From contig OZ210885.1 in NCBI GenBank assembly GCA_964658305.1, positions 6,634,001 to 6,698,000 on the forward strand: a DNA stretch of 64,000 nt, read 5' to 3'. The stretch's first letter is position 1; every line of letters begins with the position of its first letter. Below, piece by piece: positions 13,724 through 27,343 of this stretch. Below the pieces are notes generated by a model. That model ran no database searches and had not been told where the DNA came from. It was given only the letters and a program-made list of their open reading frames with translations. A program made the translations under genes and the position numbers. The stretch is from Leptogorgia sarmentosa. Lineage: Eukaryota.

Positions 13724-15926
13724 TATGTGTATATCAATTTTAGAATAAATATTTAAGCTTTTAGAGAAATATATCGGAGCTCACAAAGCACAACCGTCTC
13801 ACACGGCGTACGTAGGCTTATATCTTGTTCCAGACTACCTGCAAAACCGTCCACCTAACTTCGTTAAACATTACCTTAAAAGCAAATTCGCTGCCCAAGA
13901 GATCCAGGAAAATGACATTACTTGTTTGAATGATCACCAGGGGAAGTTTGTGCTCCAAGGTTCTGGAAACAAGGAACTGTGCTACCAGCTCCAATTCTCA
14001 GTTCCGAGCTGCACATGCAAATCTTGGAGGCAATGCACTTTCCCATGCAAGCATTTCTTTGCAGTCTTCAATTTTTTTCCAAGTGGCAGTTTTCCAGCTT
14101 GCCTCTGGCCTATCGAGAGAGCGTCTTCATTACACTAGATACTGATGGTTTGCTAATCAATTCACCAACTACCAACGCAAACTCACTTCCCTCCAGTAAA
14201 AACCTACAATTCTAGATACAACTGCAGAGGGGTCACCACCTGAATCGCAAACACCCCAGTCTTTGTCTGAGTCAACAATAAAAACAGCAAACAATTCCAC
14301 CCCATCAGCAGAACCCGGCACTCTTTCAAGATAAGATATCTGGACTGAAGAATACCTCTTTTTTGGTAGAAGATCCGAAGATGCTTAAAATGGCGATAAA
14401 CATTGTTGACAATCTGCAAGTGGCACTATGAGCAACTTGTCCAAGAGTAGATGGTCTTGTTCTTAGAACTAGTCATGAAAAGAAGAAATTGAAAATTACG
14501 TCAACAGATTACCATAAAGTGTTCCACAAGATGTTGTCTCTTGGAAACAAATGAAAGAATAAGATGGTTTCACAAACAAATATTAACATAAATGATGATA
14601 AGAAGGTAAGAATAATAGGTGTAAGAAGGATCTTTCCCGTATACAACAGATAAATTTTGACTATTTTAATAGCCATTAGAAAGCAACCTTGATTTTCATT
14701 TTAATTCATCTTATTTTACACCAACGTCTTGTACAAGAGCGCCGATTCATTGATCTTACTCTGGATGTATCCGATGAAGAACTTACAAATCCTGACATGA
14801 AACCGTCAATTGAAGACAGGTGCATACACTATAATTTTAAAGTCTCCATATTTGTATATTGCCTTTTATGTATATTATAACACACAGTTATTGGTCTTAT
14901 AAAAATAACCCGAATAGGAGTGTTCAACAAACAACTTCACCTTTGATATTTGGGCCCTACTTAATTTAAGATATAAAATGAGCAAAGAATAAGGAATTCA
15001 AATGTTGTCCCGTAAAACTAAATGTGTCAGACATGTGCACAGTACTCCCTCCTGGTTTTTCCATCGAGTCCAAGGCAATAAAGTCAGCAGTACACGAAAA
15101 TTTTATTCCTGTTTGGCTCGTAGATGAGGCACTTTTTCTTAAAGTGCAAATTACCAGATAGCAGCGTTTACAGGGCGATTGAAGGAAAACTGCATGCGTG
15201 TTTGACGCAATACAAAAATCATGAATTAATGGTACTAATAACTATGTCGAGTATTATGGTAATATGAATAGAATATTTCCAAGTATCTGAATGTTGAAAC
15301 TGTTATGCTCGTAAAAGTACTGTTATTTCTATCAAATGTGAAACTATAATTTATATCGTCTTCTTTTCATAACAGGAATGAAATCTAGTATTTCTTATTT
15401 TTTTATAAGTAAATACACTACTACAGTACGTTACATTGTATCGTAATATTGCATTGTAGGTAATAGAAGCAGTGCTGTGGAAATTACAAATCTCAAACCC
15501 AGAAACATTCTATGCAGATGCAACCCTCTGTGAACTTGTTCAAAGGCAGTCCAGCCCCCCATTGGAGAGAGTTTTATTGGCGTAGAGAAAATGTTCATCC
15601 CCATGAATATCACTTTCAACCACTGGACATTGTTGCTATTGCAAAACATTATTTACCATGTTTTACCATTTAGATGCTACCATAGTTATAATATAGATGT
15701 GATAATCTTGTCAAATTGCAAATTTACTTACTTACTTACTTACAAATTCCATTACTTTTTTTTTGCTTATGATTTACAGGTGATTCATTGCAAAAAGTCA
15801 CTTCGATTATATCTAGACCCTTTACATGGTCAGAATCAGCAATCAATAACATGTACAAACAATCCAGCATTAAAACACTTATCGACAACATATGGTATGT
15901 CAAAATTTGTGGTGTTACCCAAATTC

Positions 15927-18280
15927 TGAAGATGACCGGACTATAGTTATCCCCCAGCCACAGCGCGAAGTGCAGTCCGGGCGTTAGGCGAGGGTAATAA
16001 TTCCGCACAGCTATTTGCACCCGGGTCAAGGGGAGCATAGCGGAGTCCAAAGTTGCTCAATTTGGCCGCCATTTAGGTCATTGTGCATCATAGGTCATCA
16101 CTGATCGCTAAAATATAGCGGACTATCATGAACAGCCAAGTAATACATTATGCCGATTGGTCAAATTCAAAATTTGCTGTGCAACGTGTCAATTAATGAC
16201 CAATTCAACTGACACTTCAAAGGGAAAAAAAATGTTATTTAATTTTTGCAAGCACAACATTGTTTTTATTTAAAACTTTTTCAAGTTTTAATTGAAAAGT
16301 TAAATAAATGAAAGGTTAGAAAAAGTTAAATTAAATAATGGAGGCAAACAAAGAGCAGGTGAACAAGGGTAAAAAAGCAGATAATTTAAGAAAGCGTAGG
16401 GAGCGAAGAAGGCAGCTTATGCTGGAAGAGTCGGAAGACGAAAGAGAAAGGCGCCTAGCAAAGCGTAGAGAAGCATGGAGAGAGTGATCAGTCGAGGCAA
16501 AAGGTAAGCGGTATGAGTATCTAAGTGTTTACAGGCAACAGAAGGAAGCTGCAGAAAGTTTGGAAGAGAGGGAAACTCGCATAGCAAAACGAAGAGAAGC
16601 ATGGAAAGACAGAAGTGCAGAGACTAAAGGTAAGCATATAGCGTATCTGAGAGTAAAATGCAGAAGTACAACGAACAAACACACTGGAGAAAAGAAAACA
16701 GAAAGAGAGAAAAAATTAAAACCAAGCCAAACTGCTTGAGATTTTCAGAGAATTTTTTCCAAGAGCAATAGCAAATTTGGAAGGAGAGACAGATGGGATA
16801 GAAACAGACAAAGGGAAAACATCTTCATTGGCTGATGGCATGAATGCATCTCTATTAGTAAGTGAAACAACCGAGGCATGTGTACCCTTGCATGAAGCAA
16901 ATGGGTCGGTAAGTCCACCTGTTTATGAAGCAGATGAGCAGTTGAATAATGGGTTGGTTAATGAAAACGCATTAATAGATACATCAATTTCTGAAGCCGA
17001 CGAGGAGCCAGGTGTGTCTTTACATAAAACAGAGGCCCCAGGTGTGAGTAAAAATGAATAATTGCATGACGGTGGTTGGCAAAATGTTGACAAAATGAAA
17101 TGCATAGTTTTCATTTAGATCAAGAGCATCTAGAACATCGACAATGTACCATTTGTAAAGAGGCATGGCCAACAAGACAAAACTTGCCAGCAGAGACATA
17201 TATTTGCTACAGGTGCAAAAGAGACAAAAAATTACCAAAGAATTTCAGTGCTGGAAATGAGATGGATCCAGGTATTGTTCTTGAACAGTTCAGAGGTTTG
17301 ACACAGGTAGAAGAAATGTTAATTTCAAGGATTTGCCCCATCATGCAAGTTTATAGAAACATGGTGGGCAAAGGGGCATGTACTAAATCTACCACAAGAT
17401 ATTCAAAGTTTCTTGGATAGGTTGCCAGCATGTGTTGCTGACCTGCCTGTTTTGGTTTTACAAAGACATGGTGTTGAAGACACTCACAAAGACTTCACTG
17501 TGCACCGACATAGGGTGCTTGAAGCTGTGTTGTGGTTGAAGACAAATAATCCATTCTTCAAAGATATAGAAATGGATAGACCTTACCAGAAAATGGTATT
17601 CCTGAAGATTTGAGGTATGTTATGGATGAGAATGAATTTTCAGTTCATGTTGAAAATGAGGGTCCTCAAGAAACTGTTATGAGTGCTAATGCCAGTGTTG
17701 AGGGATTAGTTTTAGGAAATGGTAGCACATCATTCATTCCTATGCGCCAACGACAAAGAAAAGACAGAGCTGCTATACAAGATGCACTTAATGAGGTTGA
17801 CCCTCAGCATAGACAGGGTAAGTTTGACAGAAGCATTTAAGCACTTAGTGAAATTTGCAGAGAGGCTTGAAAATGGTAAGTTTGAGTGGAGGTTTGCTTC
17901 TCACCCACGGTTCCCCTATAGGGCATTGAACATGAAACAGCGACATCAGTTGTTGTCACAGGCAAACATGTCAATGGAAGAGCTAAAGACAATGGTGAAC
18001 TCGATGAGTGCAAATCAGATGGTAAATCGTTTACAACAGTATGTGTCAAAAGTGCAAAGTACCAATCAGTATTGGTATCAGCGGTCCTACTTTTTTCTTT
18101 ACTTTTAGTGCATCTGAGATACATTGGCCAGACTTGCAACGACTGATGCAGAATAATGAAGATGCAAGCAGGTCTGAGCAAGCACAAGCAGTGATTGAGA
18201 ATCCACACCTGACAGATTGGTTCTTCAAACAGCGACTGGAAGATTTTATTACACAGTGGCTTGAAGGTGTCATGGATGGT
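15927..18280 (+). pseudogene. Helitron (Helentron/Helitron2-like) Rep N-terminal relic, 3'-truncated
   Basis: CTICKEAWP...CYRCKRD, NEMDPG, LTQVEEMLISR, RHRVLEAVLWLKTNNPFFKDI, RFASHPRF, TNQYWYQR, PTFFFTFSASEIHWPDL and NPHLTDWFFKQR. A short inverted repeat CCGGACT/AGTCCGG lies near the 5' end. The HUH motifs and helicase are absent. Confidence 0.75.
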
Positions 18281-18281
18281 G

Positions 18282-20390
18282 ATCCTTGTCTATCCCCTAT
18301 TTGCTGTGTTCAATGACATTTTGAAGTGCCCCGAATGTGGTAGTAACATGAACTCTCATGTTGATATGAGAATTTGGAGTGTGAATGGAAGTACTGCTTC
18401 AACACCTCAAAGAAACAGGGGCATTCTCATGAAATAAATGTTAGAGCAGTACTGGCTTTCAGGGAAATTGGTAGAGGACACACTGCCATGACAACTTTTA
18501 CGAAAGTCATGAATATGCCTCCACCACCAATGCGCTGTGTCTGTACCAAGATCCAGAATAAAAAGCTATTGCCGATTGTCAAACAATTAGCCAATGACAG
18601 TATGAACAATAGTGCAATGGAAGTTAAGGAGAGCTGTGGAAGTGAAGGGGAATGTGGGATATCCTTAGACGGCAGTTGGCAAAAAAGGGGTCACGCGTCA
18701 CACAACAGTGTTGTTACTGCTATATCGTTAGATACCAAGAAATGCCTCGATGTGGAAGTTATTTCTGACAAATGTCAAGAGTGTCAAAAGTGGGAGAAGA
18801 AGAATGAGCCAGGGTACAAAGAGTGGAAAGCAAACCACCAGTGTAAGATCAATCATACAGGAAGTGCGAACAGTATGGAAACAGTTGGTGCTGTTCGGAT
18901 TTTCAAACATTCTTACATAACACAGGGACTTAAATACAAGGACAACTTAAATACAAGGACATGCTAGGAGATGGTGATTCTTCCACGTACAACACTATTG
19001 TATCAAGCAAGCCCTATGGGGAGGAGTGTATCCCAAAGAAATTAGAGTGCATTGGGCATGTGCAAAAGCGAGTTGGAAGCAGGTTGCGGAAGTTGAAGAA
19101 TGCCAACAAAGGTGTGAAGCTTAGCGATGGAAAGGGGATTGGTGGTAAGGAAATGCTGACAGACGGTAAGATAGATGTCTTACAGAACTATCATGGTTTG
19201 TCAGAGAGAGAATTTGGGTGATGTATCCACAATGGCCAAATCTATAAAGGCATCACTTTACCATGTCGCATCGTCTGATGAGAAACCTCAACATCATCTC
19301 TGCCCTGATGGAGAGGAAAGTTGGTGTGGTTTCAAGAGAAATCCAGCCTCCTACAAGCACAAGAATGGTATTCCTGAGTGTATTGTGAAATTGATTGAGC
19401 CTATTTTCACCGACCTGAGTAAACCGGAACTGTTACGAAAGTGTACTCATGGATTGACACAGAATGTCAACGAGTGCTTAAATGGCCTAATTTGGAACAG
19501 AGGTCCAAAGACCATCTATGTGGAGCAAGAGACTGTGGCTCTGGCTACTTACTTGGCTGTGTTAAAGTTCAATGATGGTGATATATCCTTCCTCAAAATA
19601 TTTGAAGACTTGGATATAACGCCAGGTGTCTTTACTGGTAAGGGCGCCCAAGAATGCGACACAAGCCGAATGAATCAAACTGTCAGCCAAAAAGTGCAAA
19701 GAGAAGGTGAAAACCAGAAGAAAAACATTGAGACACCTCAGAAAGAGCTACATAGACTCAACTGAGGCAAAGGAAGGGGTTACCTATGAATCAGGTAGTT
19801 TCTGAATCTTGCTAAAGGACTTTGGGCAAAAGGGAATCTTTAAATAGGATTTTCTCTGTTTTGCAATTTGATGTGTGACCTTAATCTTTGTGACACTCTA
19901 ACTTTGTAAATATTTATTGTAGAACATTGATTTTTGGCATATGTATACTTCATAAGACAATCTAGTGCCTGACACTCTTTAAATTTCAATATTTTTCATA
20001 GTAGATTAATTGTTGGCATTTTAATTCATAAATCACTCGATAAAATGCTGAAATATGTCAGAAATTCAATTTTTTGCTCTGAATTTTTTAAAAAAATATT
20101 TATATAAAATTTGAAGAGTGTCAAGCACTAGTTCAGATTCTAAGGTTTTCAAATATATCATCCATTTGATTTGGATATTTGGTTCTTGAGTTATAGTGTT
20201 TACAACACATAGTAATTATGCGTTAATTAGTGGCCGCCATATTGGATAATTAGCTTAATTAATGACTTTGTCAAAAAAAATTGCATTTTTCACTTTTCAT
20301 CACCCCACCCTTTCAAAATATGCTAATTTCATATTAATCTCTTTAAAAAAGAAAAAAAAATGATTTAAAGATATACAACCACCATGTCTT
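18282..20390 (+). pseudogene. 5'-truncated DDE transposase of the DGSWQKRG/GDGDS class (Pfam 'Mutator-like'; Kolobok-related) with 3' flank
   Basis: SLDGSWQKRGHASHN, GSANSMETVG, GDGDSS, KLECIGHVQKR and TQNVNECLNGLIW. Frameshifts include a 17-bp tandem duplication ACTTAAATACAAGGACA at 18928-18961. Stop at ~19805; the right end is approximate. Confidence 0.75.
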
Positions 20391-21860
20391 TTGATTGCTA
20401 ATCTGTCATTTGCTGGCTTATTCTATAGGACTTGTTCAGTGCTGTGTGTAGTGGTGTGCAATGGATAGCTGTAAAAACAGTCTATGGTCATTGGGAGGTT
20501 TGTACATTTGTTAATCAAAGGTAACCCCTCCACAACCAGAGCTGAAATGTAGTAGTTTTTCATCTTACCACTGTTGCAAGAGGTATGGAAAATGTTCCAG
20601 AAGACGATGAATCACTTTTGGCCCTTTTCAAGTTGTCTTTGGGAATTTTGCCACAGAAATGAGGGACTACTTTGAAATGGCTACCCGTAGTGAGAAAAAG
20701 GTGCAGCTATTTGCAACAGGTACTCAATTATTAGGGATTCAATAACTTTGGAAATGGATAGAAAGTTTTATCTTTCTGAAAGAGTGCATAGAAACACTAA
20801 ATAAATACATCTTTTTTTAGTCTATTATAGGATGCGTTCATCATGCGGAGCTAAAAGACAATGGCATTGAAAACAGCATTGTGTGGTTTGTCTAATTTTG
20901 TATATCTCACACAGTTTTGAAAGATTATATTTGTCTTTTTTTTTACATCGAGGGACTTTTTAGAGACTGATCTTCATGGACTTTATCTACATATAGAATT
21001 ATAGAGCTATTGTATTAAATTAAACATAGGCTATGTCAGTATGTCTATCCTATTTTCCTGAGGTTGGTTGTATCAGATGTGTTTATCCTAAACAGTGGAT
21101 AAGTAAATTTTAAAAAACATTCCTATTATTCTGCAAATAATTAAATCTAAATTTTACTTACTCAATGTGTAGTTCTGTGCATAGTTGTTGCTATGATACA
21201 GTATGTGGGTTGCAATATTATGATGTACATGTGTTTAATTACCTAAATGGCATTCAAGGTTTCTGGGTCTCCCAAAGAATATCGCAGGTAGGTCCAGGGC
21301 CGTAGCTAAACATTTATAGTTTAACTTTGCAGTATTGTGATGAGGGGCGAAAATTCACATCAGTCATTCAGCAATTCATAGTGTAAACTCTGGGGGGAGC
21401 GTCCTAAATACTTCTGATATGCGAAACTCCGTAGTTGACTGATATCCTGGGAATGTTTGAACAAAAATGATTCGATTGCAGTTATATATCATTGCTCATC
21501 ATTATTTGCAGTTGTTCTCATGGATACGAAAGTTAGTTAGATGAGAAATGTGATCAAAGAAGCGCACAAATACACTACACAATGGCGGAGGCCCCTCCGG
21601 AATATAAGTTTTTGCAAAAATTGCAACTCAGCACATGTTCGGGGAATGAATTACACAATATGGCGGACGCTAAGAGTGGGACCGTGAATCAGTAATTCAC
21701 TATGATGATAATATGTGGCCAGCATGTCTGAATACGTTGATAAAGCAGTTGTAATGATGTTTATATATCAGCAATGAATCTAGAGATTTGAATTTGTTAT
21801 CATTATTGGTAGAAAACTTGTATTTGGCTCGTCATGCACAATTTAAAATAGCTACTGTTA

Positions 21861-22083
21861 AGCCCGCCGCACACGAGAGCTCTTAGCTGAGCTAACTGCC
21901 ACGCGAGGTCGTAGCTTAGCACAGGCTTAGCTGGAAGCTCTCATATGCGGGGGGCTTTTGCTGAGGAATTCGCCTTGCGAGGCCGTGAGGAAAATATCTA
22001 TCGTGTTTGATATTGTTTACGCAGCTAAGCTACGACCTCGCGTGGCTGTTAGCTCAGCTAAGAGCTCTCGTGTGCGGCAGGCT
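21861..22083. mobile_element. PIF/Harbinger-type MITE, 223 bp
   Basis: 60-bp TIRs (58/60) beginning AGCCCGCCGCACACGAGAGC. 3-bp TTA TSD at 21858-21860 and 22084-22086. Confidence 0.9.
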
Positions 22084-23133
22084 TTAACTGCTGCCGTGCG
22101 TATTATATTAAAAAATTTAGTTGGCCGACATTGCTATCGCAATTCGCAAATAGCGTACAGACATAACTGGGATTTACAGAATTTTCGATACTAAAAGAAC
22201 TAAACCATATACAGGCATACAAAAGTAAATTTAACGTTGGCCTGATTGATACTGTGAATAAACGGGATATTTTATTACGACGCAGAAGTATCAGCAGGAT
22301 GTGTATGTAATTTATCTGATTTGCTTTTAACACGCACGCTGCTGCGACTGCCAGTTGCTTTCCGATAATAAAATAGTGATTATTTCCCAAATATGATTTT
22401 AATGTCTACTTAGCCCGTTTCAAACGTGGAATTTTGGTCACAGGTGGGGGACAAGCGAAAGATATTGTAGATTGTCTAAAGAGCGCAGATGTACCACTCT
22501 CTACAGTTCAGTTTCAGACGTATGACTCAACATCCAGTATGTCAGGTGTTCACAACGGGGCCCAGCAAAAATTAAGCGAAATTCTACAGCGTACTGTACC
22601 ATATACGAAATGTGTACCACATGGCGTCAATCTTGTCATAGAGCATGGTTGCAAGGCATCATCATTGATCGCTAAAGTATTTGACGTTCTGGAACAACTG
22701 TTTGTCTTTTCACCAAAAGCACAAAGCGTAATAAGGAACTGTTGGACAAACTGGAGGAAGTTGAAAATGTATTGATGCTTCGCAACCTTTCAAAAACTAG
22801 ATGGGAAGCACGAGTGGAATCTGTACAAGCTGTTTGGCGTAGCCTTGAAGCTATTCTTGATGCTCTCGTGTGTCTAGAGGATTCGAAAGACCAAGAAACG
22901 AAAACAAAGGCGTCTGGTCTTCTCAACTCTGTGCGCAACATCGATTTCATATGTGGGCTTATGATATTGAAGAATATAATGCAGAAAGCAAAAATGTTGT
23001 CCGATTACCTACAAGGTGAAACCATTACTGTTGCGGGTGCACTGATTGCCTTACGATCAACCGACGCAATTTTGACAAGGATGCGCGCCAACGATAATGA
23101 AATCAACAACGAAATCGAAGCTGCGATAATAGT

Positions 23134-26100
23134 CCTTTATCCCTCCTACTTCCTCATTAGCATTAAGTTATGGCGAGTAACCCTTTCTACGCAATTGTGC
23201 TGTCAATGCACTCATAACTTCTAGCCATCTTCACTCTATTTCCTCCCCGCGCTTTATTCATCCCCAATCCTCATTAAATTTCCCAATACATATTTATCTC
23301 TTAACGCCTACTAGGTGAAATAGATATCTACCTAATCATCCGTTCCCCAAGCTCTAACACTAATAATAGATCCAACACCCGCGCCATTGTATTCCAAAGT
23401 ATTGTTGCGAATCTTTGAAAAGTAAAACATGGTCATACCCTGCCTTATCATCAATTTTTGTCATGTGGGTAAGGGTATCGAGTTTAAATGGACTGTCTTT
23501 CATCCATAAGTTCAAAAAACGGGCGTCAACACACAACCTGGGTTTACTGGGCTCGACTAACATTGGTGAGACCAACCAGGGAGGTTCCCTCTCTGACACT
23601 TTACCCCCAAATTCGTAGGGCTCCAGTAGCCACCCGATTTAAAATTTACGACAGGAGGGGTGATTTTGAAATACTCGGTGCGGAGGTTGAGGAGAATCAA
23701 ACGGTTCCCTCTGAAAATACCCTTTAAAAGGCTGCATAAAAGACAACACATTCACACCTTCCGATAGCCATGCCAAAATGCATTGTCTCATAGGGTGGTC
23801 TTCCAACAGTGTGTCCCACATGGGGATATGGTTGTGTATTTCCCCTGCCTTGAATGAGGCTGGATCCCGAAAACTTATGTGGTCTAGGGTCGCCACTTCG
23901 CCAGAAATGATCCGATCAATTTCATTAATGGTATCACGCGCACTTCTCATTTTCTCTGTGCTCGGGCTTCCTTTGGCAGATACCCACAAGATTGGTTGAA
24001 TCTGTCTCTTTCGAGCTACGTCGTGAGGATCGAAGCAGTCATACAAATGCTAGTTATAAAAACCAAATTAACAGCCTATTAGTAGCTACTAGCGATATTA
24101 CGGAAGCCGAGCTCAGAGAAAATGATCGCCGTAGGTACGCAAGAACCGGGCACAGCCCTAAGTGCTTGTGGGATCATTTCTCGTTACTCTCCCGTCAGTA
24201 TTGTACATACATATATATATGAATATTGGAAAACGAGGTATGAAAACAGAACAGTACTTGATAAACAGTTTATTTCATAATCAATACATATTTATGTTGA
24301 ACATAGATATAAATATATGAATTGTCACACACAAGTCAGTTAAATATTGAAACGCCAGAATGGTCGCAGTCTCATGTGCGACGCTGTTGACATGAACATG
24401 CAAAATGGCCCAGTTGTCCACAAATCCAACATGTCAAGTCCGAACAGGCCGGCCTGCTACTACTAGCACCCCCTCTGCGACGTTGGCGGAACTATGTCCC
24501 GCGAGGCCTGGCCGGTGCCCTCGACGGGGGGGAGGGTGTGATAAGACTTCCAAGATTTCGTGATAACTTTAGCCACCTCAGACTCTTCTTTGGTTGCGAC
24601 CAGCTTCATAAGGATGTCTTTCAGCAGGCGTCTATCATTTACAAATGGCCTAAATTGTCTCAAGATAATATTAAAACGGTTGAGGCGCTCATCATTTTTC
24701 TCACGACATATGTCGACGACCTCTTCTAACGCAGCTAAAACTGCATGTTCGTCAAACAGCGATTCGGGTCGGACTGCTAACGCGTGCAGTGCCAGAATTT
24801 TATTCTCCACAGAGGCCTGATCAGTTTTCTTCTGCAGGGCTTGTAACTGTTTTTTAAGTTTTTCAATCTACAAATAATAAAATATATCTGTTTACGTATA
24901 TTACTTCCCCCACATTCTTTGTGCCACTTCCTCGTATATATGCGGACAAAGGTTGTGACCCTTCACGGCGGTTCAATGGCTAGCAACCTACGCGTTGACT
25001 TATAGCCATCTTATATACACATCCCGTTGTATGTCCCTGCTCGGACAAGAGGTGTATTCATCTTCCACCCTTCACAGTGGTTCAATGGCTAAGTAACCTA
25101 CGCGTTGACTTATAGCCATCTTATATACACATCCCGTTGTATGTCCCTGCTCAGACAAGAGGTGTATTCATCTTCAACCCTTCACGGTTGTTCAATTGCT
25201 AGTAACCTACGCATTTACGTACAGCCATGTTTTCCATCCAGCTGTATTGTTTTATGTCCCTGCTCGGACAAGAGGTGTACTCATATCTTCAACCCTTCAC
25301 GGTGTTTCCATGGCTAAATAACCTACACGTTGACGTATAGCCATGTTGCTCATCCAGCTGTATTATTTTATGTCCCTGCTCGGACAAGGGGGTGTTATCA
25401 TCTTCAACCCGGCACGGTTGTGCAATGACTAGACGTGTCACACATGGATCTTGTCGAACGACGTCCTAGCGATACTCGGATAAAAGTTGTCATCATACTC
25501 AACGTTTTGAAAGGCGAGACATATCTACGCGTTGTACCTGTAGCGAATCTTTACATAAGTATATGTAATCTTCAGACGTCGCTACACCACTGAGATACTC
25601 GGTGGTCAATCTTCTATGGGGTTGTACTTATTAGTGCCAACCAAGATCGACCGTTTACGTGAAAACGTGTCTCACAACGACGCCCGTTAGGTCCAGTGTT
25701 CCAGTATCTCGCAGAACTATAGTTCGTCATTTTAAAATAGGCTTTTTTCCTAACAGAAATAGGATATTGTCGGCATTGCCATAAGCGATGAATTTAACGT
25801 AACTAAAGTTCGGAAGAATTAACACGGCGACATAAAGCTGTGGTAAACGATTACTTAGCGAAAATTAATATACAATACATGGTCACCTCATGCAACAACA
25901 GGCGTCATTGAGGCGGAACGGCAAGTACCTTGTGCGATTCAACGATGAAAAGGGGTCGCGCCCTCATTTAAAACAAATTTGGTTTAAGACGCCAAGAAAA
26001 CCTGTCTTCTCTCCGGATTTCCCATGTTTATGAAGATATTTGCGACCATTATAGCGGGTGACTGCCTATCAATGGAAGTCTAACATGCCTCAAGTTTGTC

Positions 26101-26409
26101 ATCCCTCGTGGTTGGCGTTCCGCCAATAATCTCAACATCTGGTGTGGCTGTTTGATCGGATTCAGACGTCGCTATCGTCGGATGGACAGGATCTGTCGAG
26201 GCATCGGTATTTGGTTGAAGTACAACGTCGGCAACCACATTTCTGACTTCGTCCAACGAGGCGCCGGCAGGCCGGGACATCGTGTTAGTATCAGTGGAAA
26301 CGTTTTTTTTTTTCTCTAACGTTCGTGCCAACTGACGTTAATTTATTCTAAGTTCCTTTACTTATAGTGCTAATGACGTCATCAGGATAATGAATATGTA
26401 ATTAGTTTG
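23134..26409 (-). mobile_element. DIRS-like (tyrosine-recombinase class) retroelement, internally deleted
   Basis: RT N-part VSPMLVEPSKPRLCVDARFLNLW...KIDDKAGYDHV...YFGIQW (23360-23600), pre-RT region FKAGEIHNH...ILAWLSEGV, gag-like ORF 24463-24810 with CWICGQLGHFAC knuckle (~24395-24435). Flanked by the direct repeat AATAGT. YR and RNase H are not seen. Confidence 0.65.
24959..25420. repeat. Tandem repeat, ~110-115-bp unit, ~4 copies
   Basis: The unit CCTTCACGG..TTCAATGGCTA..AACCTACGCGTTGAC..TATGTCCCTGCTCGGACAAGAGGTGTA..CATCTTC recurs four times with increasing divergence. Confidence 0.9.
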
Positions 26410-27343
26410 AATAGTTGCAAGAAATCTTGGAACGGACCCAGATGATTTCCAAAGGCTACACCGATTAAGAAGACCGCAACGCCAGTACTCGAGGATATAA
26501 CATCCTTCTACAGATGTGAGTTTTTTAGGTTTATCGATTCCCTTATTTCAACCTTGGGAGAGAAGTACCAATCTCCTGCGAACGTCTTTCAGCCATTTTT
26601 GAAAGTCATTGATCCCAACGTTCCAGGCAACCTCAAAGATATTAAGACACTGGTCGCGTCGTTACCCTCTGTATTTTCATCAGACGCCTCTACAACCCTG
26701 TACAATGAATTCAAAGTCTTCTTTCAGTACCTCGACGAGCAAAGAAACCGTGGGAATTTTGATGAAGGTGGTCACGATGAAGGTGAAATATCGAAAGCTG
26801 CAAATATCGCGCTTGAGTTGGCACGTCAGCATGGTCTCTTTAAATATGTGTCGAGAGTTTATCAGCTTTTTCTCACTGCTGCACCGTCTGTTTGCAAGAA
26901 TGAGAGAACTTTCAGCGCATTGAAAAGAGTAAAAAATTACCTTCGCAGCACCATGTCTGGAGCACGGTTGGACGCCTGTATTTTACTTGCAACTGAAAGA
27001 GGTTTGACATATCAGCTGGACCTGAAGAAACTTGCTTTAAAGTGGTCACTTTAAAAAAACAGGCGGCAAAAACTGTAAATTTTGGGTAAATGAATTTTGC
27101 TATATTAATTAACCAAGTTATAGTGAGGTAAATACTAAATACTGCATACTGTGTTAAACAATGTTTGTAAATTTCACTCTAAGGACAAACATCAGTGTCA
27201 TTCAAAATATTATTAATAAAAACATTTTGACTTTTGTTGTTTTATTTTGCTTTAAATTTTCAGGTAAATTGATAAAATTGGAAAATTTCAGGTAAATTAT
27301 CGTTGCTCACCCCCCCAATCAAAGGTTACTCGCAACGGCCCTG

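Larger units (their letters stand above)
9395..13824 (-). mobile_element. Near full-length non-LTR retrotransposon (CR1/L2 group, Crack/Daphne-like)
   Basis: ORF1, then APE-RT ORF2, then a 3' UTR ending AATAAA(CTTGAA)2. Junctions are defined by rejoining the interrupted MULE frame (TT microhomology). Confidence 0.85.
8000..15927 (+). pseudogene. Decayed MULE (Mutator-like) transposase with SWIM zinc finger and Ulp1-like protease remnants, split by a LINE
   Basis: LDATYKT (~8752), FMVDFSVAKIGAIETCFP...CYFHCQQA (8926-9020), SWIM PSCTCKSWRQCTFPCKHFFAV (~14003-14066), and KMFIPMNITFNHWTLL plus YLDPLH (15588-15830). The frame ...SYRKHNAI|VPDYLQNRPPNFVKH rejoins across the LINE. Many stops and frameshifts. 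Confidence 0.7.
22434..27343 (+). pseudogene. hAT (ZMYM1-like) transposase relic, split by a DIRS-like element
   Basis: QTYDSTSSMSG, CVPHGVNLV and LSKTRWEAR (22434-23133) continue ...EAAII|VARNLG... after 26415 into the dimerisation domain PSVCKNERTFSALKRVKNYLRSTM. hAT-like right end GCAACGGCCCTG at 27343. Confidence 0.8.

Noticed and set aside
24959..25420. Regular repeats resembling a CRISPR array
   Set aside because: The whole ~112-bp unit repeats with no unique spacers, the context is eukaryotic, and there are no cas genes.
21295..27343. CAGGGCCGTAGC...GCAACGGCCCTG as the paired TIRs of the hAT relic
   Set aside because: The 11/12 match is suggestive, but the 8-bp flanks differ (GGTAGGTC vs TATTCATA), so the left boundary is unsupported.
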